Assembly: GCA_000092065.1 (NCBI GenBank)
Contig: CP000586.1
DNA: 64,000 nucleotides
Source of the DNA: Ostreococcus lucimarinus
Lineage: Eukaryota
Strand: one strand, 5' to 3'
In this document: one piece after another, positions 20,541-29,415 of the stretch
Numbering within the stretch: position 1 is the first letter of the stretch
Layout of the letters: each line of letters starts with the position of its first letter
Made by a program: the position numbers and the translations under genes
Notes under the pieces: generated by a model
The model's input: the letters and a program-made list of their open reading frames with translations, nothing else
Told to the model about the DNA's origin: nothing
Databases searched by the model: none

Positions 20541-20890
20541 CGCGCGTCGGCGACCGCGCTCTGTCGCCGTCGTCGTCGCGTCGTCGTCAGTCGCGTCGTC
20601 GTCGGTCGTCGTCCATCGTCGTCGTCGTCCATCGTCGTCGTCGTCCAGCGTCCATCGCGCATCGTTCGCGTCGTTCGCGTCGCGCGTCGTTCGCGTCCGT
20701 CGCGCGACCTCGCGATCGATTCGCGCGCGTTCCGTCGTCCACCGCGCGCGCGTCGCACCTCTCGCGCGTCCGCGCGCGTCGTCGCGCGTCGCGACGTGCC
20801 GCTCGACCAACGGCTGCGGGACGACGGAACGCGACGCGCGATGCGCTGACGCCGACGCGCGAGAGGTGCGACGCGCGACGCGCTCGAACG

Positions 20891-23569
20891 ATGGCGATGA
20901 TACCGGTCGACGACGCCCTGGCGATCGCGCTCGATGTCGTCGCGCGTGGCGCGCGCGCGACGACGACGAAGACTCGAGTGGAGCGCAGCGCGAACCGCGT
21001 GTCGGCCGAGGACGTGCGCGCGACGACGCCGCATCCCGCGTTCGCGGCGAGCGTCATGGATGGGTACGCGCTGAACGCGCGCGCGAGCGCGGCGGCGATG
21101 CGGGCGAACGACGACGGTGGGGCGACGCGACGATGGGAGTTTGAGATTGTCGACGACGAGGCGTCGCGGGCGGGACCGGCGAAGGCGACGCGCGACGACG
21201 AAGGACGCGAATTTGGCGCCATGGAGTGTGCGTACGTCACCACGGGCGCGGTGTTACCTCGAGGATGTGATTGCGTCGTGCCGGAGGAAGCGTGCGAGGT
21301 GGTGAGGGAGGGATCTGGACGCGCGCGCGCGGACTCGAGCGACGTCGTTTCGGGAAAGTGGACGCGCGCCGTCGGGAGCGACGTGCGAGGCCGAGGGGAA
21401 GTTTTGATCGCGAAAGGTGAACGGTTGAGCGCGTATGATGTTGGCGTGCTAAAGTACGCTCGGGATGTCGTTGAGACGTACGAGCCTCCGCGCGTTCGCG
21501 TTTTGAGCACGGGCGATGAGTTGGCGGCGAGTGCGAGCGACGTCGCCGTTCGCGGATGCGTCGTGGACACAAACGGTCCGATGTTGGAAGCGCTGTGCGG
21601 TGAAGAGGGCGCAGAAGTAATATCGCGCGATATAGTGCGAGACGACGAGGCTGCGACGAGGGCAGCGTTCGAAATGGCCGTCGCCGACGCTTCGTGCGAC
21701 GCGCTCATCACCTCTGGCGGCGCCTCGGTGGGTGACAGAGATTTCGTGAAACAGACGATCGAAGGTCTCGGTGGGAAGATTTACTTTAGACGTTTGGCGA
21801 TGAAACCGGGGAAGCCGACGATGTTCGCGACGATTCCTAGAGCGACGGGTCCGCCACTTCTCGTATTCGCACTGCCGGGCAATCCTGTCAGCGCGGCGGT
21901 GACGTTTACGCTCATCGTCGCGCCGTGCATTCGCGCGCTCGGTGGAGTTCGCGAATCTGGACTTCGGCGCATCCATTGCGTATTAGATGAGACGTTACGT
22001 CTCGACCCAGAGCGCGCTGAGTATCATCGCGTCACACTAGATTGGACGCGGGGGAACTTACCCGTCGCGCGCTCCACTGGCGCGCAAATCAGTAGCCGCT
22101 TACTGTCCATGCGAAACGCGGACGCGCTAATCGAGCTTCCGCGAGGACCAGGGGTGGTGGAAAAAGGCGCCATCGCGAGTGCGCTGTTGATTTCAGATGT
22201 AAGACACGCGAAAGGTGCGAACATGGAGAAAATACAATGGCCCAAAAAGTCACGCGGCGACGAGAGTCGGCGTTCGAACGAGGCGCTCGACTCCATCGTG
22301 ACCGTGCTCGACGCCGAGGGATCCGTCCGGGATTTGAAACGCGTCGTAGGGCTTGAAGAAGACGCGAGGCGTCATTGCCGTGCCGCCGGAGATTGCGTGG
22401 ACGCGCTTAATGAACTGAGGATGTATTCAGATGGCGATTCCACGCACGTTGCGGTGACAGACGCGCAGTCGCCAGGATTACGAAGAGGAATCGCAACAAC
22501 TTTGGAACGACTGCGCGTCGTCACGCCGATTGGCGACGTTATCACTAAACGCGCGTATGCCCGCGTGGGTTTAGTTGGGAATCCGTCCGATGCATACGGA
22601 GGCAAGTGTGTGGCGTTTACCATTTCAAACTTTTTCGCTGAAGCGTCGCTACGCCGAACGCCATCATCGAAGCGCGTAACGTTCGCGCCGGGCCCGTACG
22701 ACGGAAACGCGTTCGATTCATTCGACGCCTTGTCGACGCACGTATCCCAACACGGTGTCGATGGTGGTGTGCGTCTACTTAAGTCGCTATGTTGCAACCT
22801 CATGCGATATTGCGAGTCGACAAAGCAGAGAATCGATACGTCATGTGGCTTTGAGATGTCATACACGTCGAACATCCCGAAACAAACCGGCTTGAGCGGT
22901 TCGAGCGCCATCGTCATCGCCGCGATGAGATGTCTTCTCGAAATGTATAGAATCAACATTTCGTTGGATGATCAGACCGAGCTGGCTTTACGCGTCGAGC
23001 GCGATGTCGGCATCAACGCCGGACCGATGGATAGAGTCGCGCAGGTGTATGAAGGCGCGGTGTTTATGGATTTCACAAAACCGCGCGCGTCAACAGCATG
23101 CGGTTGGCGCATTCACGGTGAATACACGCGCGTGGAGACGGATGAATTGCCTCCTTTGTATCTCGTGTGGGCCAAAGACAACGAGAGTGAGAGCTCTCGA
23201 ATTCACGCCGACGTTCGGCGTCGATGGGACGCTGGAGACGCGGATGTCGCAACGTCGATGTCGCGCCTCGCGTCGCTCGCCGACGACGTATTCAAAGCTA
23301 TGGCAACGCGACAAATCAACGTCGAAGAACTCAAAACGTCGATCGACACGAACTTTGATATTCGTCGAGCGCTTTTCGGTGATCAAGCGATCGGCGCGTT
23401 GAATGTAACACTCGTCTCGGTGTGTCGCGAACGCGCGGGTTGTGCGGCAAAGTTTGCCGGCAGCGGTGGCGCTTGCGTCGTCGTTTGCGAAAACGACAGA
23501 GCGCGCGCTTTAAAGGAAGCGTGCGACGCGCACGGGTTCGAAGTCGAACGCGTCGTCGTGCGAAAGTAA
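20891..23569 (+). CDS. Single ORF fusing a complete MoeA/Cnx1E-type molybdopterin molybdenumtransferase domain to a glucuronokinase-like GHMP kinase
   Basis: ATG at 20891, 892 aa, no stop. The N-terminal ~440 aa are MoeA-like (MIPVDDALAI, VMDGYAL, STGDEL, VDTNGPML, SGGASVGDRDFVKQ, MKPGKPTMFA, LPGNPVSAAVTF, plus a MoeA C-terminal domain ending ...ASALLISDV). A ~95-aa linker follows. The last ~355 aa are glucuronokinase-like (RAYARVGLVGNPSDAYGGKCVAFTISNF, GGVRLLKSLC, PKQTGLSGSSAIVIAAMRCLLEMY, NAGPMDRVAQVYEG, PPLYLVWA, FDIRRALFGD, KFAGSGGACVV). Confidence 0.85.
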   Translation: MAMIPVDDALAIALDVVARGARATTTKTRVERSANRVSAEDVRATTPHPAFAASVMDGYALNARASAAAMRANDDGGATRRWEFEIVDDEASRAGPAKATRDDEGREFGAMECAYVTTGAVLPRGCDCVVPEEACEVVREGSGRARADSSDVVSGKWTRAVGSDVRGRGEVLIAKGERLSAYDVGVLKYARDVVETYEPPRVRVLSTGDELAASASDVAVRGCVVDTNGPMLEALCGEEGAEVISRDIVRDDEAATRAAFEMAVADASCDALITSGGASVGDRDFVKQTIEGLGGKIYFRRLAMKPGKPTMFATIPRATGPPLLVFALPGNPVSAAVTFTLIVAPCIRALGGVRESGLRRIHCVLDETLRLDPERAEYHRVTLDWTRGNLPVARSTGAQISSRLLSMRNADALIELPRGPGVVEKGAIASALLISDVRHAKGANMEKIQWPKKSRGDESRRSNEALDSIVTVLDAEGSVRDLKRVVGLEEDARRHCRAAGDCVDALNELRMYSDGDSTHVAVTDAQSPGLRRGIATTLERLRVVTPIGDVITKRAYARVGLVGNPSDAYGGKCVAFTISNFFAEASLRRTPSSKRVTFAPGPYDGNAFDSFDALSTHVSQHGVDGGVRLLKSLCCNLMRYCESTKQRIDTSCGFEMSYTSNIPKQTGLSGSSAIVIAAMRCLLEMYRINISLDDQTELALRVERDVGINAGPMDRVAQVYEGAVFMDFTKPRASTACGWRIHGEYTRVETDELPPLYLVWAKDNESESSRIHADVRRRWDAGDADVATSMSRLASLADDVFKAMATRQINVEELKTSIDTNFDIRRALFGDQAIGALNVTLVSVCRERAGCAAKFAGSGGACVVVCENDRARALKEACDAHGFEVERVVVRK

Positions 23570-23641
23570 GTTCGATAGCATAGATAGAATGATGAAAGGA
23601 CGAAAGGACGAAAATCGTTGTGAACGTTGAAAGTTTTGCTA

Positions 23642-25270
23642 CTACATGGATACGTGCGCGGCGATGCCCACTTGAAACCCGTCGCTGACGCGATCGTTTG
23701 TCCCCGCGCGCACGACTTTGCCGTAATTCATTTCGATCTGACCGATCGGCAACGGCCAAACAATGCCAACGCCCAAAGACGCGCGCGTGGCGTCGCGAAC
23801 AACCTTGATCGCGTCTTTCGGCGCCCCTGACAGAGCGGCGAGCGGTAAGAGCGTCCCGGCGGTCGCAAACGCGTGGAAATGAATCCCAGCCTCCCTCATG
23901 GCTTCAAATTTCTCTCCCGGAATATCCATCTGCAACGCAGCCGTGGCGCTCCACACGAAATCGCCTCCTAAAGCGTCTCTCGTGAGCGACGGTTCTCCAT
24001 CTTCGGCGCTCGACGGCGTCTTTGCGCCCGGTGATTCCTCCGCCGCTGCGGTCTTTTTCGTTCCACGACGCGCGTCACTCGGGCCAACGCCGTTATTTTC
24101 GAACTGGCGCAGACACCCGACGCCACCTAAGAAGAATCTATCCGCAATGCACGTCCTACTGTCACCATCGTTGCCAGATTTCCCCCACGGAAATAACACG
24201 CCAAAGCGCCCAGACGCCGACGCCGTGATACCGCGCGACGCGTCCAACGTCTCAACGACGTGCGCGCTGACTTCAGACTTAACGAACTTTGCCGCGAGCG
24301 CGTTATCCATAAACCCGATGCCCGCTAACTCGGACCGAATCTTCCACAAATAGCCCGACGTCGGCCTCACCTGTCTGTCGAGGCGGTCGGAGACGTACGT
24401 GTGCGTCACCGCCGACTTGAGCGAGTGTCCGAGCTGACGTCGAACTTCCCGGCTAGCCATGCGCGTTGGATCTTGAACATCTCGCCACGCGATTTCGTAA
24501 TCCACCGTTCCCGGTCCGTCACCCGCGACGCCCACGCGAATGCCCCTCGACGTCACGTCGAATGAGCTCAACTTTTTAAAGCACTCGACGGACTGAAAAG
24601 CGCGCGCGTCCAAATTTACGTCGCTCCCGTAAAGTTTTGGTTGTTCCCACGCCGCAGAGTACGTCGAGCTCGAATTCTGCCCCTTGATGAGTTCGACCTC
24701 AAACTTTTCCCCGTACCCGAGCGGGTTGCGCAGCCCAAACGTCGCCTCCGCCTCGCCCTCGCCGCGTTTGCTCACGTACGTTCCGACTTTAAAATGAAAC
24801 GCGTCTTTTTCCTCCACGCTCACCACCACCTTCGCCCCCGGCACGTCCCCACCGTCCAACCGTCCTCCCTCGTGATCCGCATCGATCACGATCGCGACGT
24901 CTTTAAATATCCCGTATTCATACAGCCTCGCGTTCGCCGCGAAGAGCGCGTCCTTGATCCCGTCCAGCGTCCTCGCCTCGTACGCCCTCGCCAACTCTCG
25001 TTCGATCACCGACGCTCGCGTCCGTTCGTTTCCTCGTATCTCGATCGACGACACCGCGCACGCGTCATCGCGCACTCGGTCGTACCGCGCTCGGAATTCA
25101 TTCACCGGCGGCGTCGACGTCGTCGCCCCCGCGTCCGCCGACGCCGAGGATTCCGCCGACGCCGAGGATTCCGCCGCGTCCGCCGCGTCCGACGTCGCGT
25201 CGCGTCGTTCGCCTCGCGCCGTGAAGCTCGCGTCGTCGTCGCGCGCGTCCGTCGTCGTCGTCGTCGCCAT
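23642..25270 (-). CDS. SAM50: Sam50/Omp85-family outer-membrane beta-barrel protein (single POTRA)
   Basis: The track ORF starts at a TTG (25858). In-frame ATGs lie at 25651 and 25270 (MATTTTTDARDD...). There is one POTRA-like unit (VSSIEIRGNERTRASVIERELARAYEARTLDGIKDALFAANARLYEYGIFKDVAIVID). A bacterial-surface-antigen barrel follows (GLRNPLGYGEKFEVEL, RFFLGGVGCLRQFENNGVGP, GGDFVWSATAALQMDIP, IGQIEMNYGK). The start at 25270 is preferred because a divergent exon is predicted at 25717. The Arg/Ser-rich extension from 25651 cannot be excluded. Confidence 0.8.
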   Translation of the reverse strand: MATTTTTDARDDDASFTARGERRDATSDAADAAESSASAESSASADAGATTSTPPVNEFRARYDRVRDDACAVSSIEIRGNERTRASVIERELARAYEARTLDGIKDALFAANARLYEYGIFKDVAIVIDADHEGGRLDGGDVPGAKVVVSVEEKDAFHFKVGTYVSKRGEGEAEATFGLRNPLGYGEKFEVELIKGQNSSSTYSAAWEQPKLYGSDVNLDARAFQSVECFKKLSSFDVTSRGIRVGVAGDGPGTVDYEIAWRDVQDPTRMASREVRRQLGHSLKSAVTHTYVSDRLDRQVRPTSGYLWKIRSELAGIGFMDNALAAKFVKSEVSAHVVETLDASRGITASASGRFGVLFPWGKSGNDGDSRTCIADRFFLGGVGCLRQFENNGVGPSDARRGTKKTAAAEESPGAKTPSSAEDGEPSLTRDALGGDFVWSATAALQMDIPGEKFEAMREAGIHFHAFATAGTLLPLAALSGAPKDAIKVVRDATRASLGVGIVWPLPIGQIEMNYGKVVRAGTNDRVSDGFQVGIAAHVSM

Positions 25271-25716
25271 CGCGTCGTCGTCGTCGTCGTCTGCGGTGAC
25301 GAAGTCGACGCATCCATCCGGCCGGCGATCCCATCCCAGCCATCGTCCGCTCGAGTCCCCCTCGCGACGGTTCACGACTCGTCCGCGTCGACGCCCGTTC
25401 GCCCGCGCGTCACTGCGCGACGCGACGCGACGCGACGGACGACGGACGACGGACGACGGACGACGCGCGAGCGCGCGAGCGACGAACGGTGAACGACCGC
25501 GGTGCGACGCGCGACGCGACGCGACGCGAGGACGCGACGCGAGGACGCGCGCGACGGATGATTCGGATTCGCATTCAAAAGGGGAACGGCTGTCGAACGA
25601 CGACCGACGACGACGACGACCGACGACGACGACTGACGAAGACACCGACATCGCGCGCGCGACGGGGTGAAATAGGACGAGGATACATGTTTCGCAGACG
25701 AGAGACGGCGGGTGGG

Positions 25717-25807
25717 ATGGCGACGCCGACGGCGTTGCGGACGGCGACGAACGACGACGGGGACGAAGCGCGGACGCCGACGCCGCTGAGAAGCGCGTTG
25801 AAGAAGG
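25717..25807 (+). CDS. Predicted exon 1 of a hypothetical coiled-coil protein gene (inferred)
   Basis: ATG at 25717 (or 25687) opens MATPTALRTATNDDGDEARTPTPLRSALKK. It ends 1 nt into a codon at a GTGCGA donor (25808). The phase matches the acceptor at 25918/25919 (G+GT = Gly). Confidence 0.35.
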
Positions 25808-25918
25808 GTGCGAGACGCGACGCGACGCGACGCGATGCGATGGGTGAGGGATGGGCAATGCATGCGCGACGATGATCTATCGATGACGCGCGACTGACGG
25901 ATGGGCGAACGCGCGCAG
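25808..25918 (+). other. Predicted spliceosomal intron (111 nt)
   Basis: Donor GTGCGA at 25808, ACTGAC at 25893-25898 (21 nt before the 3' end), acceptor GCGCAG ending at 25918. It removes the in-frame TGA at 25873-25875 and joins two segments in the same frame. The grammar is the same as the three firm PSMA6 introns. Confidence 0.4.
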
Positions 25919-26727
25919 GTGGATTGAGTAAAGCTCGCGTCGTCGTGGAGAGCGACGGGTTCAAGTATAAAAAACGCAAGAGCGCGAAGGGCGCGCTGGG
26001 GGTGACTATTTCGGAGCCGCTTTGGGCGATCGAACGGGCGTCTTCGCGCGCGTTGGTGGTGGGAGCGACGACGACGTCTTCGAACGGCGCGCACATGTCG
26101 TCCGATGAAGCGCGCGGAAGGGAAGATTTCCACGAACAACTTCCAAACAACATGCCCGAAGACGAGCGCATGCAACTGCTGTGCGAGAGCGTGTGCGCGG
26201 CGGAGTGCGCGGCGGTGGTGCCGCAGTTGAAGGGCGACAACGCGTTCGCGGCGAACGCGATTAGTGACGCGTTACAAGAGTTTCAGTTGCGCGTCGAGCA
26301 GTTATTGATTGATGAGGAGGTAAAGTTTGCCGAAGGACCGCAAACCGTCGCGGCGAAGATTGACGCGCGCAAGGCGCAGTTGCGAGCGCTCCGAGACGCG
26401 CTCGAGCAAGAGTCCACGCAGTGGTCTTGCATGCTCGAAGGTTCGGCGAAAAAAGTCACCGCGGAGGTGCCCGTCATAGATACCTCCGAACTCGGTCCGA
26501 GCGAAGCCGGTTCGCTCGCCGAGGCGTGCGAAAACACCCAGCGACGGTTGCTGTTACAAACCGAAGGCGCGAGAGGCTTGGTCGAAGGCGTCGAGAGTTT
26601 GTGCGTCCGCGCCGAGCGCGCGTGTGAAGTTTTCGCGAGTGCGATCGCCGCGAACGATTTCCGTTCGCTGCCGTCGTACCAGTCACCGCACCGATTAATC
26701 TCGAGTCTCATCGGAGGCGCGAGGTAA
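25919..26727 (+). CDS. Hypothetical coiled-coil protein, main exon
   Basis: Track ORF 25924..26727 starts at a TTG. The first in-frame ATG is only at 26095. However, codons 25919-26094 (GLSKARVVVESDGFKYKKRKSAKG...) keep a strong G/C third-position bias, which argues for an upstream exon. The C-terminal half looks coiled-coil (LQEFQLRVEQLLIDEEVKF...KAQLRALRDALEQE). No family recognised. Confidence 0.55.
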
Positions 26728-26844
26728 AGCCTCGCTGTAATAAAACTGATCCTTCCTCACTCGCCGTCGTCGTGTTCGCGGCTTCATCGCGTCCTCCCGC
26801 CCTCGTCCCGTCCCTCGGTCGCTCGAAAACATCAAAGGTACGGC

Positions 26845-27837
26845 ATGGGATTCGGTCAACTCGTCACCGGCCCGCCGGGCGCGGGAAAGACGACGTACTG
26901 CGTCGGCATGAAGCACTTTTACGAGCTTCGTGGACGACGCGTGGCGATCGTCAACTTAGATCCAGCGAACGACGTGGCGCCGTACGAAGCCGCGGTATCG
27001 CTCGAAGACCTCATATCCGTCGATGAAGTGCAAGAGGAGCTCGGACTCGGGCCGAACGGGGCGATGATTTACTGCATGGAGTATTTGGAAAAGAACGCCG
27101 ACTGGTTGCGGGACGCGTTGACGCCGCTTCGGGACACGCACTACTTCATCTTCGATTGCCCGGGGCAATTGGAGTTGTTCAACGTGCACGGATCTTTCCG
27201 TAATGTGCTGCATCGAATGATGAATGAGTGGGATTATCGACTGTGCACGGTGCATTTGAGTGATTCACACCTGTGTTGCGACCCGGGCTCGTACGTCAGC
27301 GCGTTGCTCGTGACGCTCCAGTCGATGTTGCATTTAGAGACACCGCACGTGAGCGTGTTGAGCAAAATCGACATGCTGGAACAATACGGCGAGTTGGCGT
27401 TCAGCTTAGACTACTATGCGGAGGTGATGGATTTAGATTATATAGTGGAACACATCGGAAACGATCCGAAACTCGCCAAGTATAAAAAGCTCACGAGCGG
27501 GTTGTGCGAAGTCATCGAGGACTTCGGGCTCGTGCGCTTCGTACCGATGTCGATCGAAGACGAAGAAACGGTGAGCAGAGTAGCGACGTTAGTGGATAAG
27601 TCCATCGGGTATTCACTCGGCGTGCACAAAGGCGCACGTCTCGGCACGGAGGAGCTTCGCGAACGCGCCGCGCGCGGTGACGAGGACGAGGACGAAGAGG
27701 CGTTCGACATGCGCAACGCCGTCGCGAAGGCGCCAGCGATCGAATCGTACTCGCAAAACCTCGAAATTCAGGAGCGATACTTCCCCAAGAGCGACCGTAA
27801 CGACGATGGCGGATCGAAAACCCCGACCGCGGAGTAG
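26845..27837 (+). CDS. GPN2: GPN-loop GTPase 2
   Basis: ATG at 26845, 330 aa. It has the P-loop FGQLVTGPPGAGKTTYC, VAIVNLDPAN, the GPN motif LGLGPNGAMIYCMEYL, and FDCPGQLELF. The GPN2-type C-terminal region is LAFSLDYYAEVMDLDY...LVRFVPMSIEDEE. Confidence 0.9.
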   Translation: MGFGQLVTGPPGAGKTTYCVGMKHFYELRGRRVAIVNLDPANDVAPYEAAVSLEDLISVDEVQEELGLGPNGAMIYCMEYLEKNADWLRDALTPLRDTHYFIFDCPGQLELFNVHGSFRNVLHRMMNEWDYRLCTVHLSDSHLCCDPGSYVSALLVTLQSMLHLETPHVSVLSKIDMLEQYGELAFSLDYYAEVMDLDYIVEHIGNDPKLAKYKKLTSGLCEVIEDFGLVRFVPMSIEDEETVSRVATLVDKSIGYSLGVHKGARLGTEELRERAARGDEDEDEEAFDMRNAVAKAPAIESYSQNLEIQERYFPKSDRNDDGGSKTPTAE

Positions 27838-28188
27838 ACGCAGTAGACTTAGTGTAGAGCAATCGACGCCGCGCGCGCGACGTCGGAAATGATACAAAAT
27901 TAAAACAAAATGCGCGCGCGCATCGCCTACGTCTGCGAAACAAAGGAGCAACGCGCGGTCAGCGCCACGTTCACCGCGCGCGATGGACAAAAAAAATCCA
28001 AGCGAATGTCCCGGGAATTGCTCACGGCTTCGACGTCGACCGATACGACGGAAGCCCCGATTGTCCCCGGCAATTTTATATCGCGTGTTATTATTTTATG
28101 ATGGTTCATCGCACAGGTGGGTATCAACCACCCTCGATCGACGAACCCGTCCCACACGCTTTTCCCTTCTCGCGAAAAAGTCGCGCTC

Positions 28189-28218
28189 GCGTTCGCGTTC
28201 GCGTTCGCGTTCGCGTTC
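28189..28218. repeat. (GCGTTC)5 microsatellite in the intergenic region
   Basis: Five perfect GCGTTC units at 28189-28218, preceded by the variant GCGCTC. Confidence 0.9.
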
Positions 28219-28423
28219 GCCTCGCCTCGAGTCGGGTCAGAGCAAAGATGACATCGTGTGCGTTCGTGTCTTCACGCGTCCATCGCCGATCGACGGGCGT
28301 CGGAGAGAAGATTAGCGTACGCGTGTGACTCATCATCCCCGTCGCGCGGTCGCCGTCGCGTCGCGCCGTCCCGTCGCACCTCTCCACCGTTCCGACGCAA
28401 AACCTCACCGCCGCGCGTCGTCG

Positions 28424-28457
<34 letters not shown>

Positions 28458-28656
28458 CGCGTCGCCGCGCCGTCCCTTCGCGCCGCGCCGCGCCGTCCTT
28501 CGCGCCGTCCTTCGCGCCGCGCCGCCGCGTCGACGCGCGTCGCGTCTTGACGTCGTCGCGTCTGACGTCGCGCGGTCGACGCGATCTCACGACGAACGGG
28601 CGACGTCAAAACGCGACGCGACGCGCGACCGGCTCGAACGCGCGCGGACGCGCGGC

Positions 28657-29364
28657 ATGAGCGATGGAAGGTACTCGTTCTCCCTCACGACATTCTCCCC
28701 GAGCGGAGAGCTGGTGCAGATAAAACACGCGCTCGCCGCGATCGGGGCGGGGGCGACGAGCCTCGGGATCAAGGCGAAGGATGGTGTCGTGCTGGCGACG
28801 GAGAAGAAAGTGCCGAGCGCGCTCGTGGACGCGACGACGGTGAAGAAGATCGCGCTGCTGACGGATGAGATCGGGATGACGTACAGCGGGATGGGACCGG
28901 ACTTTAGAGTGCTGACGCGAATGGCGAGGAAGGAGACGCAGACGTATTACCGGACGTATAAGGAGAGCGCGCCGGTGAGCCAGTTGGTGCGAGAGACGGC
29001 GACGACGATGCAAGAGTTTACGCAACAAGGTGGTGTGCGACCGTTCGGGGTGTCGTTGCTCGTCGCGGGGTACGATGAGAGCGGACCGAGTTTGTATCAA
29101 GTCGATCCGAGCGGGTCGTACTTTGCGTGGAAGGCGAGCGCCATCGGAAAGAATATGGTCAACGCGAAGACGTTCTTGGAGAAACGGTATAGCGATGACA
29201 TAGAATTGGAAGATGCGATTCACACCGCGATTCTGACGCTCAAAGAAGGTTTCGATGGGCAGATTTCTGCGGAGAACATTGAAATCGGCGTCGTCGGCGT
29301 CGACAGGAAATTTCGAGTGCTCACCTCGAGCGAAATCGCAGATTACCTCGAAGAAGTCGAATAA
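28657..29364 (+). CDS. PSMA2: 20S proteasome subunit alpha type-2 (alpha2/PAB)
   Basis: Track ORF 28258..29364 has an Arg-rich artefactual 5' end. The real start is ATG 28657, giving 235 aa: [29 protein letters not shown]...[15 protein letters not shown]...GMGPDFRVL...[37 protein letters not shown]. Intronless. Confidence 0.95.
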   Translation: MSDGRYSFSLTTFSPSGELVQIKHALAAIGAGATSLGIKAKDGVVLATEKKVPSALVDATTVKKIALLTDEIGMTYSGMGPDFRVLTRMARKETQTYYRTYKESAPVSQLVRETATTMQEFTQQGGVRPFGVSLLVAGYDESGPSLYQVDPSGSYFAWKASAIGKNMVNAKTFLEKRYSDDIELEDAIHTAILTLKEGFDGQISAENIEIGVVGVDRKFRVLTSSEIADYLEEVE

Positions 29365-29415
29365 GCGTCGCTAGTTCTAGATTTACTTAATGATATGCTA
29401 CTTTGCTACTTTGTT

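Noticed and set aside
27910-28101. A 63-codon ATG ORF (MRARIAYVCETKEQRAVSATFTARDG...) in the long spacer
   Set aside because: It has no recognisable family and only moderate codon bias that decays toward the 3' end. An overlapping antisense ORF is equally plausible. It is not reported as a gene.
28304-28316. AGAGAAGATTAGC, identical to part of the conserved U6 snRNA core
   Set aside because: The ACAGAGA box reads GGAGAGA, and the flanks do not match U6 (no GCATGGCCCCTGCGCAAGGATGACACGC). A 13-nt coincidence is not enough.
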